Positions 19,419-28,650 of a stretch of 64,000 nucleotides of DNA are shown piece after piece. The first letter of the stretch is position 1; every line of letters starts with the position of its first letter. Position numbers and translations under genes: made by a program. A model generated the notes under the pieces. The model was not told the DNA's origin. It saw nothing but the letters and a program-made list of their open reading frames with translations, and did not search any database. The stretch is from Dehalococcoidia bacterium (GTDB taxonomy: Bacteria > Chloroflexota > Dehalococcoidia > Lucifugimonadales > Lucifugimonadaceae): the NCBI GenBank assembly GCA_030747175.1, contig JASLLE010000002.1, forward strand, positions 21,172 through 85,171, in the 5' to 3' direction.

Positions 19419-19838
19419 CTAGCCCGGGCGAGAACCGCGGCCGCTCGCGGCGCTGGCCAGGAACGAAGACCTGAACTGCACGCCCCATTCCCCGTCGATC
19501 TTCGTGAAGATCCAGAGCGTGTCGAAGCCGTTGTATTCGGCGCCGTCGGCGCTCCGGCGCGACTGTCGAATCACGAGATGGACCTTATCGTTGTCGGCCT
19601 GCACTGCCTCGATGGCGAGAGTATCGGTGTGGTCCCAGCTCTCGGCCCGTAATCGTGCCGTGAGATCATCCTGGCCGGCGCGAAAGTCGTCGGCCGTCTC
19701 CCATCTCTGGAACCGGTTCTCGGCCAGCCGCAAATGCGGGAAGTGCATGAGCGAGACCTGGGTTTCCGCATCACGTGCGTTGAACGCATTATTCCAGCGG
19801 TGGAACGCCTCGATCGCTTCAGTTGCGGGATCGCTCAC
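19419..19838 (-). CDS. NTF2-like (SnoaL/DUF4440-like) small protein
   Basis: The size and the FHRWNNAFNARD...W.F pattern fit an NTF2 fold. Weak call. Confidence 0.45.
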   Translation of the reverse strand: MSDPATEAIEAFHRWNNAFNARDAETQVSLMHFPHLRLAENRFQRWETADDFRAGQDDLTARLRAESWDHTDTLAIEAVQADNDKVHLVIRQSRRSADGAEYNGFDTLWIFTKIDGEWGVQFRSSFLASAASGRGSRPG

Positions 19839-19871
19839 TGCGGCCTCCGGATGGTTTATCCACTGGTTCGG

Positions 19872-21161
19872 CTAACGTTCTCGTACCAGCGGTTCGTAGC
19901 CGATGATCCCGGTCTCTTCGAGATCAGCAATTTCCTCGTCCGATAGCCCCAGCAGCTCGCCGAGCACGTACGGGTGGTGCTGGCCGAGCGTCGGGGCCGG
20001 ACGATAGTGGCGAGCAGGGGTTTTTGAGAGTCGAATCGGCTGTCCGGCGTGGGTGTGGAATCCTGCCTCCGGGTGATCGAACTTCCAGTAGAAGCCGCGT
20101 TCGTTCAGGTGCTCGTCGTTAATCAGCTCGTCGGCGTTGACCACGACACCGGCGGCGACGCCTGCATCCTGGAGCAAGCGCATCATATCGTATGCGTTTC
20201 GGTTACTCGTCCATTCGGCCACATGCCGGTCCAACTCGCCCTGGTTGCGGAGCCGATCTTCCAACGTGGCAAAGCGCACGTCATCCGTCCAGTCCGGCGA
20301 ACCGATCACCTCACGGAAATCCACCCACTGCATCTCAGACCCAACAGAGATCGCCACCCACTTGTCCTCGCCCTCACATGGATAGGCGCCGTGTGGAGCC
20401 TTTCGGACGTGGCCGTTCCCGATACGCGGCGGGACATCGCCGGTCAGCTGGTAGCCGAGCGATGCCTCGCCGGTGAGCGCCGCTCCAGATTCCGCCTGCG
20501 CCAGGGAGATGTGTTGCCCTTTACCCGTTCGAGCCTTGTTGAACAGCGCCGTCATGATCGCTCCAGTGGCAAACATCCCGGATGCCGGGTCCGGGTAGGC
20601 GTTGCCGCTCATGTACGGCTCCCCGTCCGGATAGCCCATCCGGCTCGCCAACCCCGAGTGCGGGTCGATGGTCGTTCCGTAAGAGACAAAATGCTGGAAC
20701 GGGCCTTCCGGGCCGTAACCCGGCATAGAGCAGAAGATGATCGCCGGGTTTATCTCCTTCAGGACGGGGTAGTCGATCCCCAGCTTGGGCATCACTCGCG
20801 GGCTGTAGTTTTCGATCACGATGTCGCTGATCTTCACCAGCCGCTTGAACAGCTCAACCCCGCGCTCGGTGTCGAGTTCGAGCGTGATGTCGAACTTGTT
20901 TCGGAGCATGTCGTTGTTCAGGACGTGCCGATTCCAGTGCCTCTCTCCCGGCTCGTTGTCCGGATAGATGCCGATGGCCTCTGCCGTCTCTCGTGTGACC
21001 GTTCTCCGGCCAACAAGACGACGGCCTGAGATATGGATCACCTCGGCGCCGAGATCAGCCAGTATCCGAGTGCAGTGCGGACCGGCCCAGACCCGAGACA
21101 GATCGAGGACGCGAACGCCGTCCAGCGGGCCTCTAGCGCCATTTGAGCCTGAGCCCGTCAT
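19872..21161 (-). CDS. Family III CoA-transferase (CaiB/BaiF family)
   Basis: VRVLDLSRVWAGPHCTRILADLGAEVIHI N-terminal signature. The start shares a nucleotide with the upstream stop (TGATG). Confidence 0.85.
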   Translation of the reverse strand: MTGSGSNGARGPLDGVRVLDLSRVWAGPHCTRILADLGAEVIHISGRRLVGRRTVTRETAEAIGIYPDNEPGERHWNRHVLNNDMLRNKFDITLELDTERGVELFKRLVKISDIVIENYSPRVMPKLGIDYPVLKEINPAIIFCSMPGYGPEGPFQHFVSYGTTIDPHSGLASRMGYPDGEPYMSGNAYPDPASGMFATGAIMTALFNKARTGKGQHISLAQAESGAALTGEASLGYQLTGDVPPRIGNGHVRKAPHGAYPCEGEDKWVAISVGSEMQWVDFREVIGSPDWTDDVRFATLEDRLRNQGELDRHVAEWTSNRNAYDMMRLLQDAGVAAGVVVNADELINDEHLNERGFYWKFDHPEAGFHTHAGQPIRLSKTPARHYRPAPTLGQHHPYVLGELLGLSDEEIADLEETGIIGYEPLVRER

Positions 21162-22396
21162 CAGATGACATCACCTTCCCGCAACTTCTCCAGTCGGTCC
21201 GGGCCGTAGCCCAATTTACCGGCGAGCACCTCGTCCGTATGCTCGCCGAGCAGGTTGGCCCGGCCGAATACCGGGGGCGCCTCGGCCATGTGGTAAGGCA
21301 GACCGGCGTAGCGATACGTACCCGCTATCGGATGGTCGATCTTCTTCCAGAAGCCCCTGTACTCGTACTGGGGGTCCTCCAGGACATCGTCCACCTCGTT
21401 CACGAACGCCGCCGGGATGCGGTTGTCCTGCAACGCGTGGACGATCTCATCCGCCGTGTGCTCCATAAACCACGGGCGGACCAGCGCGTTGAACTCCTCA
21501 TGATGGTTCGCACACAACGTTGGGTTGGCGAAGCGCGGGTCATCCAGCAGCTCGGGCATGTCGAGCAGTTGAAGTAGCAGGACGTACTGGGTCGGGTCGC
21601 TGATACCGAGCGCCACGAGACCTGGTTTTCCATCGTTGGCCTTGCAGGGGAGGATCGTGGTTGGGTGCACGGACCCGTAACGATTACCGGCCCGCATCCT
21701 GATCTTGCCGCTGGCGGTGAAACCGTTCAGCGTGAACTGGTGCTCCGAGGCCATCGCTTCCTGAATAGAGATGTCGATGTACTGGCCCGTACCGTCACGA
21801 TCACGCGCCAGCAACGCCGCCATGATGCCGCTGTAGGTGTATAGCGCCGCCTGGTACGACGGCTGGTATCCGGAGCTGCTCAGCGGCTCACGATCCGGGT
21901 GGCCGTTGACGTACATCTGCCCGCTGAGAGCCATCGCGACCATCGTGTCGGCGCGGTAGTCCCGGTACGGACCGTCCTGGCCGAAGTTGGATATCGATGC
22001 CATCACGAGCCGCGGGTTGATGGCGCTCAGGGTTGCGTAATCCAGTCCCACCGACTCCATCACGCCCGGCTGGAAGTTCTCGATAAGCACATCGGCCTGC
22101 GCGGCCAGTTCCTTCAGCACGGCCGCGCCCTCATCCGACGCCAGGTCGAGGGTCAGGCCCTTCTTGCCTGTGTTCAGGTACAGGTAGAGGGCGCTCGTTT
22201 CCGGGTTGTGTATGTCGTCAGGAAAAGGACCAACCTTTCGCGCTCCGTCACCGACTCCCGGCGCTTCAACCTTGATGACATCCGCGCCGAACGACGCCAG
22301 CAGCTTGCCGGTGTAGGCCCCTGCGACGTGGTGCGAGAGGTCAAGGACCGTTAGTTCTGAGAGTGCGCCTGCCACTGTGCCGCTCACGGCCGCCAT
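21161..22396 (-). CDS. Family III CoA-transferase (CaiB/BaiF family), paralog
   Basis: LTVLDLSHHVAGAYTGKLLASFGADVIKVE. The start overlaps the carboxylase stop by 13 nt. Confidence 0.85.
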   Translation of the reverse strand: MAAVSGTVAGALSELTVLDLSHHVAGAYTGKLLASFGADVIKVEAPGVGDGARKVGPFPDDIHNPETSALYLYLNTGKKGLTLDLASDEGAAVLKELAAQADVLIENFQPGVMESVGLDYATLSAINPRLVMASISNFGQDGPYRDYRADTMVAMALSGQMYVNGHPDREPLSSSGYQPSYQAALYTYSGIMAALLARDRDGTGQYIDISIQEAMASEHQFTLNGFTASGKIRMRAGNRYGSVHPTTILPCKANDGKPGLVALGISDPTQYVLLLQLLDMPELLDDPRFANPTLCANHHEEFNALVRPWFMEHTADEIVHALQDNRIPAAFVNEVDDVLEDPQYEYRGFWKKIDHPIAGTYRYAGLPYHMAEAPPVFGRANLLGEHTDEVLAGKLGYGPDRLEKLREGDVI

Positions 22397-25300
22397 CGCG
22401 CCGCCTTGCCCGGGCCGAGCTGTGTCCTGATCACCGCCTGCGCGGATTCAACGAAATCACAAAGCAGCGGTCTCGTGTCGCGAGGATCGATGATCTCTTC
22501 GACCAGGAAAGTCTGCGCCGTGCGGAACGGTGAGGCGAGTTGCTTCAAACGATTCTGGATCTCCTCACGCTTGGCCTCCGGGTCATCGGAGTCGGCGATC
22601 TCTCGCCTGTACGCCGCGTCCACGCCGCCCTCGATGTGCATCGAGCCCCAGTTCCCGGACGGCCACGCGTAACGCCGGTGCATGCCGCTGAGACGAACGT
22701 GACAGCCTCCGGCGACGCCGAAGATCTGGCGTATCACGAAGGTCAACCAGGGCGTTTCTGTATCGGCCATCACGGCGTGCAACCGTGCGCCGACCCGGAG
22801 CATCCCGGAACTCTCCGACTCCAGGCCGATCATGAAACCCGGGTCGTCTGCGAGGTTAATGATCGGCAGATGGAAGGTCTCACACATCTCGATGAAACGG
22901 ATGATCTTCTCGGCCGCCTTGATGTCCGTCGCGCCGCCATCGACTCGGGAGTCGTTGATCATCACACCGACCGGGTAGCCGTTTACGCGTGCCAGGACGG
23001 TGATGCGGCCCGCGCCGAAGTCCGGGGCGATCTCGAAGATCGAGTCCTTGTCGAGAATGGATTCAAGTATCGGCCGGGGGTCGAACACCGTCTGGTTGTC
23101 CCGGGGGATGATGTTCTTGAGCCGCTCGTCACGGCGGTTCCGATCGTCGGCCGGTTCTTCGTAAGGCGGCATCTCGTAGACGCTGTCCGGGAGGTAACTG
23201 AGGAACTGGCGGATCATGTCGAACGCCTCTTCCTCCGTCTCCGCCAGGTTGTTCACGACCCCGCTCTGGAACACCTGCACGCTGGCGTCGCCGAGTTCCT
23301 CCTTGGTGATGTCTATCCCGAACGCCACCTTGACCACCGGAGGACCCCCGGCAAACAACACCGACGTGTCTTTCACCATCACGCTGAAGTGCGCCAGCGC
23401 GGCCTGCACGGCGGGCAATCCGGCGACCGAACCCAGTACCGCCGCAACCGACGGAACTACCGGCAGCAGGTGCGGCGACACGTCCCGTCCCGGGCCGTTT
23501 GGCAGGTAGGTGTGGCCGATCTGCTCAAAAGTGCGGACGCTTCCGCCGGCGGCGTCCAGCAGCCGGATGAAAGGCAACCGCCACTCGATCGCCATGCGCT
23601 CTGAGTAGGCCGTTTTGTTGCCCACGTTGGCGTCCGATGCGCCGCCGCGGATCGTGAAATCGCCGCCGTTAACCATCACCCTCCGGCCGTTGATCTTCGA
23701 CACGCCGATGACCGTGTTCGCGGGCGTAAACCCTGTCAGGACCCCGTCGGCGTCGTACGTGGCGGAACCGGCGAGCGTGCCGATCTCTTCAAAGCTGCCG
23801 GGATCGACCAGCGCGTCGATCCGTTCACGCACTGTCAGCTTGCCGCGCCCCTTGTGGAAGGCTACGTTGTCCTCGCCGCCCATCTGATGGGCGAGGCTGG
23901 TCCGCAGCTCCAGCTCTGCCAGCTCGGCGTCCCAGCCGATGTTGCGTTTCTCGGCCGGGTGCTCGGAACCGGACCCTTCTCCCAGGTCCGCCTCGTCCAT
24001 CTCCTCTATGAACACGACGGCCTGGCCTTCATAAACGGTGTCGCCCTGTTCCGCTGCGACCATGCGGACTACGCCGCTCCGTTCCGCGGCGACCGAGTGG
24101 AAGAATTTCATCGCCTCCACGACGGCGATGCGGCCGCCTACGCGCACCGAATCGCCCTCCGCCACGTTCAGTTCGGCAAGGATCCCCTGCGTCGGCGACG
24201 GCACGCCGACCGTGCCTTCCGGCCCCTCAATCTCTGCCCTCGGACCGCGTGCTGAGGCACTCGAAGCGCCGTCCGCGCCGCTTGCTGAGGCTCCCAAAGC
24301 ACCATCCACCTCTGCGAAGCGCTTTGGATGCGAGCCGTTGCTTGATGCGGCCAGCGTTGCGATCTGCTCATCCACAAAGCGCGTATGGATATCCATCTCG
24401 CCGAAATCCGGGTGATGCAAGAGGTTTTGCAAAAACTCCAGGTTGGTCGTGACGCCCTCGATCCGGAACTCGCTCAAGGCCCTGTAGGTCCGGCGAATAG
24501 CGTCCCCGAAGTCGCTCGAACGGGAGTGGCCGATCACCTTGGCGATCAGCGAATCAAACGAAGGGCTGGTGGCGTATCCGGCGTAGCCAAACGTGTCCGT
24601 TCGGACCCCCGGTCCCGCCGGTGGATCGAACGCCGTCAGCGTACCCACGGACGGCAGCGTCCGCCCGTCCGCCATGACCGTCTCCATGTTCACCCGGGCC
24701 TGGATTGCGTAGCCCCGCGGGGCCGGGATGTCTGCCTGCTCGAGCCCCAGTTCGGCCAGAGTAGAACCGGCGGCGACGTTCAACTGCGCTTCCACGAGGT
24801 CGATTCCCGTCACCGCCTCCGTCACCGTGTGCTCCACCTGTAACCGGGCGTTGGCCTCGATGAAGTAGAACCCGGATTCGTTCGTGAGATCGGTCGCGTC
24901 CACCAGGAACTCAAAGGTCCCCAGGCTCCGGTAGTGGACCGCCGCCGCGAGGCGCTGTGCGGAATCGATGATCCGTTTTCGCAGTCCGTCCGGCAGGCTG
25001 GGCGCGGGCGCGACCTCCATCACTTTCTGGTAACGACGCTGGACACTGCACTCACGTTCGCCAAAGTTAGAAACCGCTCCGGAACCATCGCCGAGGATCT
25101 GGACCTCGATATGGCGCGCACGGGTGATCAGTCGCTCCGCGAATAGAGTTCCGTCGCCGAACGCGTTCATAGCCTCGGCGGTGGCTTCCGAGTACAGGGT
25201 TTTCAGTTCAGACAGGTCGCTTACGGCCCGGGCGCCGCGCCCGCCGCCGCCCGCGACCGCCTTCAAGATCATCGTGCTGCCGCCGCCGAGCGTCTCAAAA

Positions 25301-25737
25301 AACGCCGCGGCCTCATCGACCGAGCCAAGTTCGCCGGAACCCGTCAATACCGGGACATCGTTCTCGCCGGCTGCGTCTCGCGCCCGAACTTTATCGCCGA
25401 ACAACTCCAGCGTTTCTACGAGTGGGCCCACAAAATTCAGCCCCGCATCGTGGCAGGCCTTCGCAAACCCGGCGTTCTCCGCAAGGAAGCCGTAGCCGGG
25501 ATGGACCGAGTCGCACCCGGAAGAGCGGGCCGCGTTCACGACCTGTTTGATGTCAAGGTAGGGAGCGACCCCGCGCCCATCTAGTTGAACCGACTCATCC
25601 GCCTCGTGGACGTGCAGGGAGTTGGCATCGTCGGACGGGAAAATCGAGACGGTCGAAATCCCCATATCGGCGGCGGCGCGAATGATGCGGACCGCGATCT
25701 CTCCGCGATTTGCTACAAGAAGTTTGGACAGAGTCAT
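22384..25737 (-). CDS. Single-chain biotin-dependent acyl-CoA carboxylase (biotin carboxylase + BCCP + carboxyltransferase fused)
   Basis: The N-terminus MTLSKLLVANRGEIAVRIIRAAADMGI is a BC/ATP-grasp domain. The biotinyl domain is ...RIAVVEAMKFFHSV.... The C-terminal roughly 520 aa are crotonase-like CT (GKLTVRERIDALVDPGSFEE, GGDFTIRGGASD, LPIINLADDPGFMIG). Confidence 0.85.
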   Translation of the reverse strand: MTLSKLLVANRGEIAVRIIRAAADMGISTVSIFPSDDANSLHVHEADESVQLDGRGVAPYLDIKQVVNAARSSGCDSVHPGYGFLAENAGFAKACHDAGLNFVGPLVETLELFGDKVRARDAAGENDVPVLTGSGELGSVDEAAAFFETLGGGSTMILKAVAGGGGRGARAVSDLSELKTLYSEATAEAMNAFGDGTLFAERLITRARHIEVQILGDGSGAVSNFGERECSVQRRYQKVMEVAPAPSLPDGLRKRIIDSAQRLAAAVHYRSLGTFEFLVDATDLTNESGFYFIEANARLQVEHTVTEAVTGIDLVEAQLNVAAGSTLAELGLEQADIPAPRGYAIQARVNMETVMADGRTLPSVGTLTAFDPPAGPGVRTDTFGYAGYATSPSFDSLIAKVIGHSRSSDFGDAIRRTYRALSEFRIEGVTTNLEFLQNLLHHPDFGEMDIHTRFVDEQIATLAASSNGSHPKRFAEVDGALGASASGADGASSASARGPRAEIEGPEGTVGVPSPTQGILAELNVAEGDSVRVGGRIAVVEAMKFFHSVAAERSGVVRMVAAEQGDTVYEGQAVVFIEEMDEADLGEGSGSEHPAEKRNIGWDAELAELELRTSLAHQMGGEDNVAFHKGRGKLTVRERIDALVDPGSFEEIGTLAGSATYDADGVLTGFTPANTVIGVSKINGRRVMVNGGDFTIRGGASDANVGNKTAYSERMAIEWRLPFIRLLDAAGGSVRTFEQIGHTYLPNGPGRDVSPHLLPVVPSVAAVLGSVAGLPAVQAALAHFSVMVKDTSVLFAGGPPVVKVAFGIDITKEELGDASVQVFQSGVVNNLAETEEEAFDMIRQFLSYLPDSVYEMPPYEEPADDRNRRDERLKNIIPRDNQTVFDPRPILESILDKDSIFEIAPDFGAGRITVLARVNGYPVGVMINDSRVDGGATDIKAAEKIIRFIEMCETFHLPIINLADDPGFMIGLESESSGMLRVGARLHAVMADTETPWLTFVIRQIFGVAGGCHVRLSGMHRRYAWPSGNWGSMHIEGGVDAAYRREIADSDDPEAKREEIQNRLKQLASPFRTAQTFLVEEIIDPRDTRPLLCDFVESAQAVIRTQLGPGKAARWRP

Positions 25738-25944
25738 CGGGCGTATCTGCTACCTGTGGTCGGCGTATCCGTGTGGTGTCGCAGGGAATATAACCCCGTG
25801 ATGGCGTACACCATACCTACACGAGGCCGCCCGGTGTAGCTAAAACGGTGTTATCGTGCGCCTTCCGGGAGGTCGAATAACCGGTCCATCTGGCATGGTG
25901 ACGACGTCCCGCGTCTGGGTGGAATCGCCATCGGGAGGCGGTTG

Positions 25945-27603
25945 ATGGCTGACGCCGACCCACAACGGATAACGCTTCCGGCGGATTTTCCGGTGGAATG
26001 GAACTCTCCGGAAGACGCGGACCGCTTCTGGACCCGGGACCGGATGCACCAGCCATTTCCGGTGCCCGTACTGGCCGGCGATTTCATGGAACGTACGACC
26101 GGCGCCGGCATGAACAAGGCGCACGAGTATTACGGACGTCCCATCCGAATGGAACGTCGCCGCTTCAACTGCTACACCTTTGCGACCGTTCGGATGGTCG
26201 TGCCTCCGGCCGATATGCCCGCGGCCAGCCGCCAGGGTGAACAGAACACTCTGAACGCGACGCCGGAAATCTGGGAACGGTGGGAGACCGAGTGGCTGCC
26301 GGAGGTCAAGGGGCTTCTTGACTGGTGGGACCGGTTTAATCTCCCGGGCGCCAGCGTTCCATCACTCCGCAGCCATCTCGCAGAATCGTTCGAAACATCG
26401 GTGAGATGCTGGATCATCCACTTCACGCTGGCGCCGATAATCACCGGCCCGAGCAGCATGTTCCGTGACCTCTACACAGATCTTTTCGGCGAGGACCGCG
26501 GCCTTGAGTCTCACGGCCTCACACTGACGGAGGACAACAAGAGCCTGGAGACGGACAGAGAGCTCTGGGTCCTCAGCCAGTATTTAAGGGGTCTGGACAA
26601 TGGAGATCGCCTCATAGAGTCCGGTTCCGATGATGACCTGCGAACGGCGCTCGGGGAGCGGCTGGACCGATACCTCGCTATCTACGGTCACAGGAGTGGC
26701 GATGCAAGCGGCCTGGCCGGGCTCACCTGGTTCGAAGACCCCTCGCCCGTCCTTGCCACAGTGCGCGCCTACGCAAAGGCCGACGATCCTGATCCCGGGA
26801 TCGATCATGGGCATCGTCTCGCCGAACGCGACCGGCTGATCGATGCGGCCCGAGATCGTCTTTCCGGCTACCCGGAATCGGTGACGAAGCAGTTCGACAG
26901 GGCCTTGCTTCTGGCCCAGCAGGGTACTCGAATGCAGGAAGACCACGCTTTCTGGATCGACCAGCAGACCAATGCCCGGACTCATTACGTGGCGATGGAA
27001 GCCGGCCGGAGGCTGGCGAGCGCGGGCGTGATTCCGACGCCAGCAGATGTGAACCACCTCGGCCTGGAAGAGGTCCTGGAAGCCCTTGACCGGTTGGCGG
27101 CAGATGAAAGTTTTGACCTGACGGCCCTGGTGGAAGAGCGCGCGGCGGACCTGGCGTACTGGACGCAGATCGATGCCCCGGCGGAAATCGGCATGCGCCC
27201 CGCGGGAGGGCGTCCAGATACCGCCTCGTAGCGCGGGCAGGCCCGATTTTTCGGGACGCCGGTCGAGCAGGATGACAATCCATCGACGGTTCACGGCACC
27301 CCCGCATCGCCGGGCGTCGCTGAAGGGGTCGCGAGGATCATCAACACGCTCGAAGACGCTGGCAAACTCTCACCGGGAGACATCATGGTTGCGCCGACCA
27401 CATCACCCCCGTGGACGCCCCTGTTTCGTATAGCTTCAGCGGTGGTTACCGACGCGGGTGGCGTCCTCAGCCACTGCGCTATCGTCGCCCGGGAGTACGG
27501 CATCCCGGCGATTGTCGGCACCGGCGTGGGTACGAAACGCGTCCAGGACGGCCAGCGGTTACGGGTCGATGGCGACGCGGGGGTTCTACGGATACTGGAA
27601 TAA
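25945..27603 (+). pseudogene. PEP-utilising enzyme family protein (substrate-binding region + His swivel domain) interrupted by an in-frame TAG
   Basis: GGGAGG followed by ATG at 25945. The ORF stops at TAG 27229-27231, but the same frame stays open to 27603. That downstream stretch encodes GTPASPGVAEGVARIIN...GDIMVAPTTSPPWTPLF...VTDAGGVLSHCAIVAREYGIPAIVG, the PEP-utilisers mobile domain with its catalytic His. Confidence 0.65.
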
Positions 27604-27615
27604 TCAGAATTTCAC

Positions 27616-27702
27616 GCCCATTTAATAGCATGGGCCAATGATGAGTGATATCTTTCACTTACTGATTTAGCTGGCTCGTTATTAGCCCATGTCCTTATGG
27701 GC
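27616..27702 (+). promoter_or_regulatory. Two copies of the palindrome GCCCAT-N6/8-ATGGGCCAA in an AT-rich spacer
   Basis: GCCCAT(27616-21)/ATGGGC(27630-35) and GCCCAT(27685-90)/ATGGGC(27697-702). The second 3' arm contains the ATG of the cupin ORF. Confidence 0.45.
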
Positions 27703-28404
27703 CAACCGGGAGTGTTGATCCTGGCGACCTCTCAAGAACCGATTCGCTCTCGACCCATCCAGGTTTGCGGGATGCCCTGGACGGGAAGCACTTCAGGGAT
27801 CCGCAGACGGCCGCTGTGGTCGGACGAAAAAACCAACCGTAACGCGCAGATCATCGAGTTTTTGCCCGGCAGCGGCATGCCGCTCCACAGACACGTCGGG
27901 TTCGAACTCATGTACGTGATCGAGGGGTCGTTAACGGATCAGTTCGGAACCCTCAGGCCGGGCAACATCTCGTACCGACCGAACGGTTGCGTCCACGCAG
28001 CCACCAGCCCGAACGGGGCGATAGTCCTCGCCGTTATCAGCGGGGGTAACGAACCGGCTGAAGAGATCGGCGACTCTCCTCAGCCAGAGTTCTACGTTCC
28101 AGAAGATCAGGCCTGGATCGAAGCCCCCTCCGGAATTCGCTCCAAGCAGATCGTCGCAGACGAGAACGCGAACTGGACCGTGGGGATCAGGCGATATCCA
28201 GAAGGCGTCGCCGCTCCACGACATCGCCACGACGGCGACGAACTCCTTTTCGTGATCGAGGGGGAAAGCATGGACGACTCCGGCACCACCACCCCCGGCA
28301 ACATGAGTTACATGCCCCACGGTACCGAGCACACCTTCGAGACCCGTACCGGGGCGACGGTGCTCACCGTGGAATGGGGCCGTAAAGAGCCTCTTCCGGC
28401 CTGA
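27697..28404 (+). CDS. Bicupin protein (ChrR-like cupin domains), paralog 1
   Basis: Two cupin motifs: GSGMPLHRHVGFELMYVIEGSL...GCVH and APRHRHDGDELLFVIEGES...HGTEH. Homologous over its full length to 31207-31884. The start is uncertain; the paralog-equivalent codon is CTG. Confidence 0.75.
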   Translation: MGQPGVLILATSQEPIRSRPIQVCGMPWTGSTSGIRRRPLWSDEKTNRNAQIIEFLPGSGMPLHRHVGFELMYVIEGSLTDQFGTLRPGNISYRPNGCVHAATSPNGAIVLAVISGGNEPAEEIGDSPQPEFYVPEDQAWIEAPSGIRSKQIVADENANWTVGIRRYPEGVAAPRHRHDGDELLFVIEGESMDDSGTTTPGNMSYMPHGTEHTFETRTGATVLTVEWGRKEPLPA

Positions 28405-28433
28405 ACGAGTGGGATAGAGATAACCGTCGCCCG

Positions 28434-28595
28434 GTTGATCCGGTTCCCGGCGGAGTCCTGCGCCACTGCGCCGTCGTAGCCCGCGAGTACGACGTACCTG
28501 CTGTGGCCGGTTCCGGCGTTGGCACGTCATGAATCAAGGACGGCCAGAGGGTACGGGTCGACGGCGATTCCGGAGTGGTACGGATACTGGACTGA
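28434..28595 (+). pseudogene. Orphan degenerate fragment of a PEP-utilisers swivel domain
   Basis: Translates to ..GGVLRHCAVVAREYDVPAVAGSGVGTS*IKDGQRVRVDGDSGVVRILD*, which aligns with the last roughly 50 aa of 25945-27603. There is an internal TGA at 28530-28532 and no N-terminal part. Confidence 0.6.
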
Positions 28596-28650
28596 TCTCG
28601 ACGGCCGCAACACGGGTCACTGGACGCGGCGGTAAGTACAATTCGGGGTC

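Noticed and set aside
27229-27231. Possibility that the in-frame TAG reflects stop-codon reassignment (for example pyrrolysine or another recoding).
   Set aside because: TAG is the terminator of several well-supported genes in this window, with ends at 1487, 10504, 11607, 13328 and 16464. No pyl-type genes are seen.
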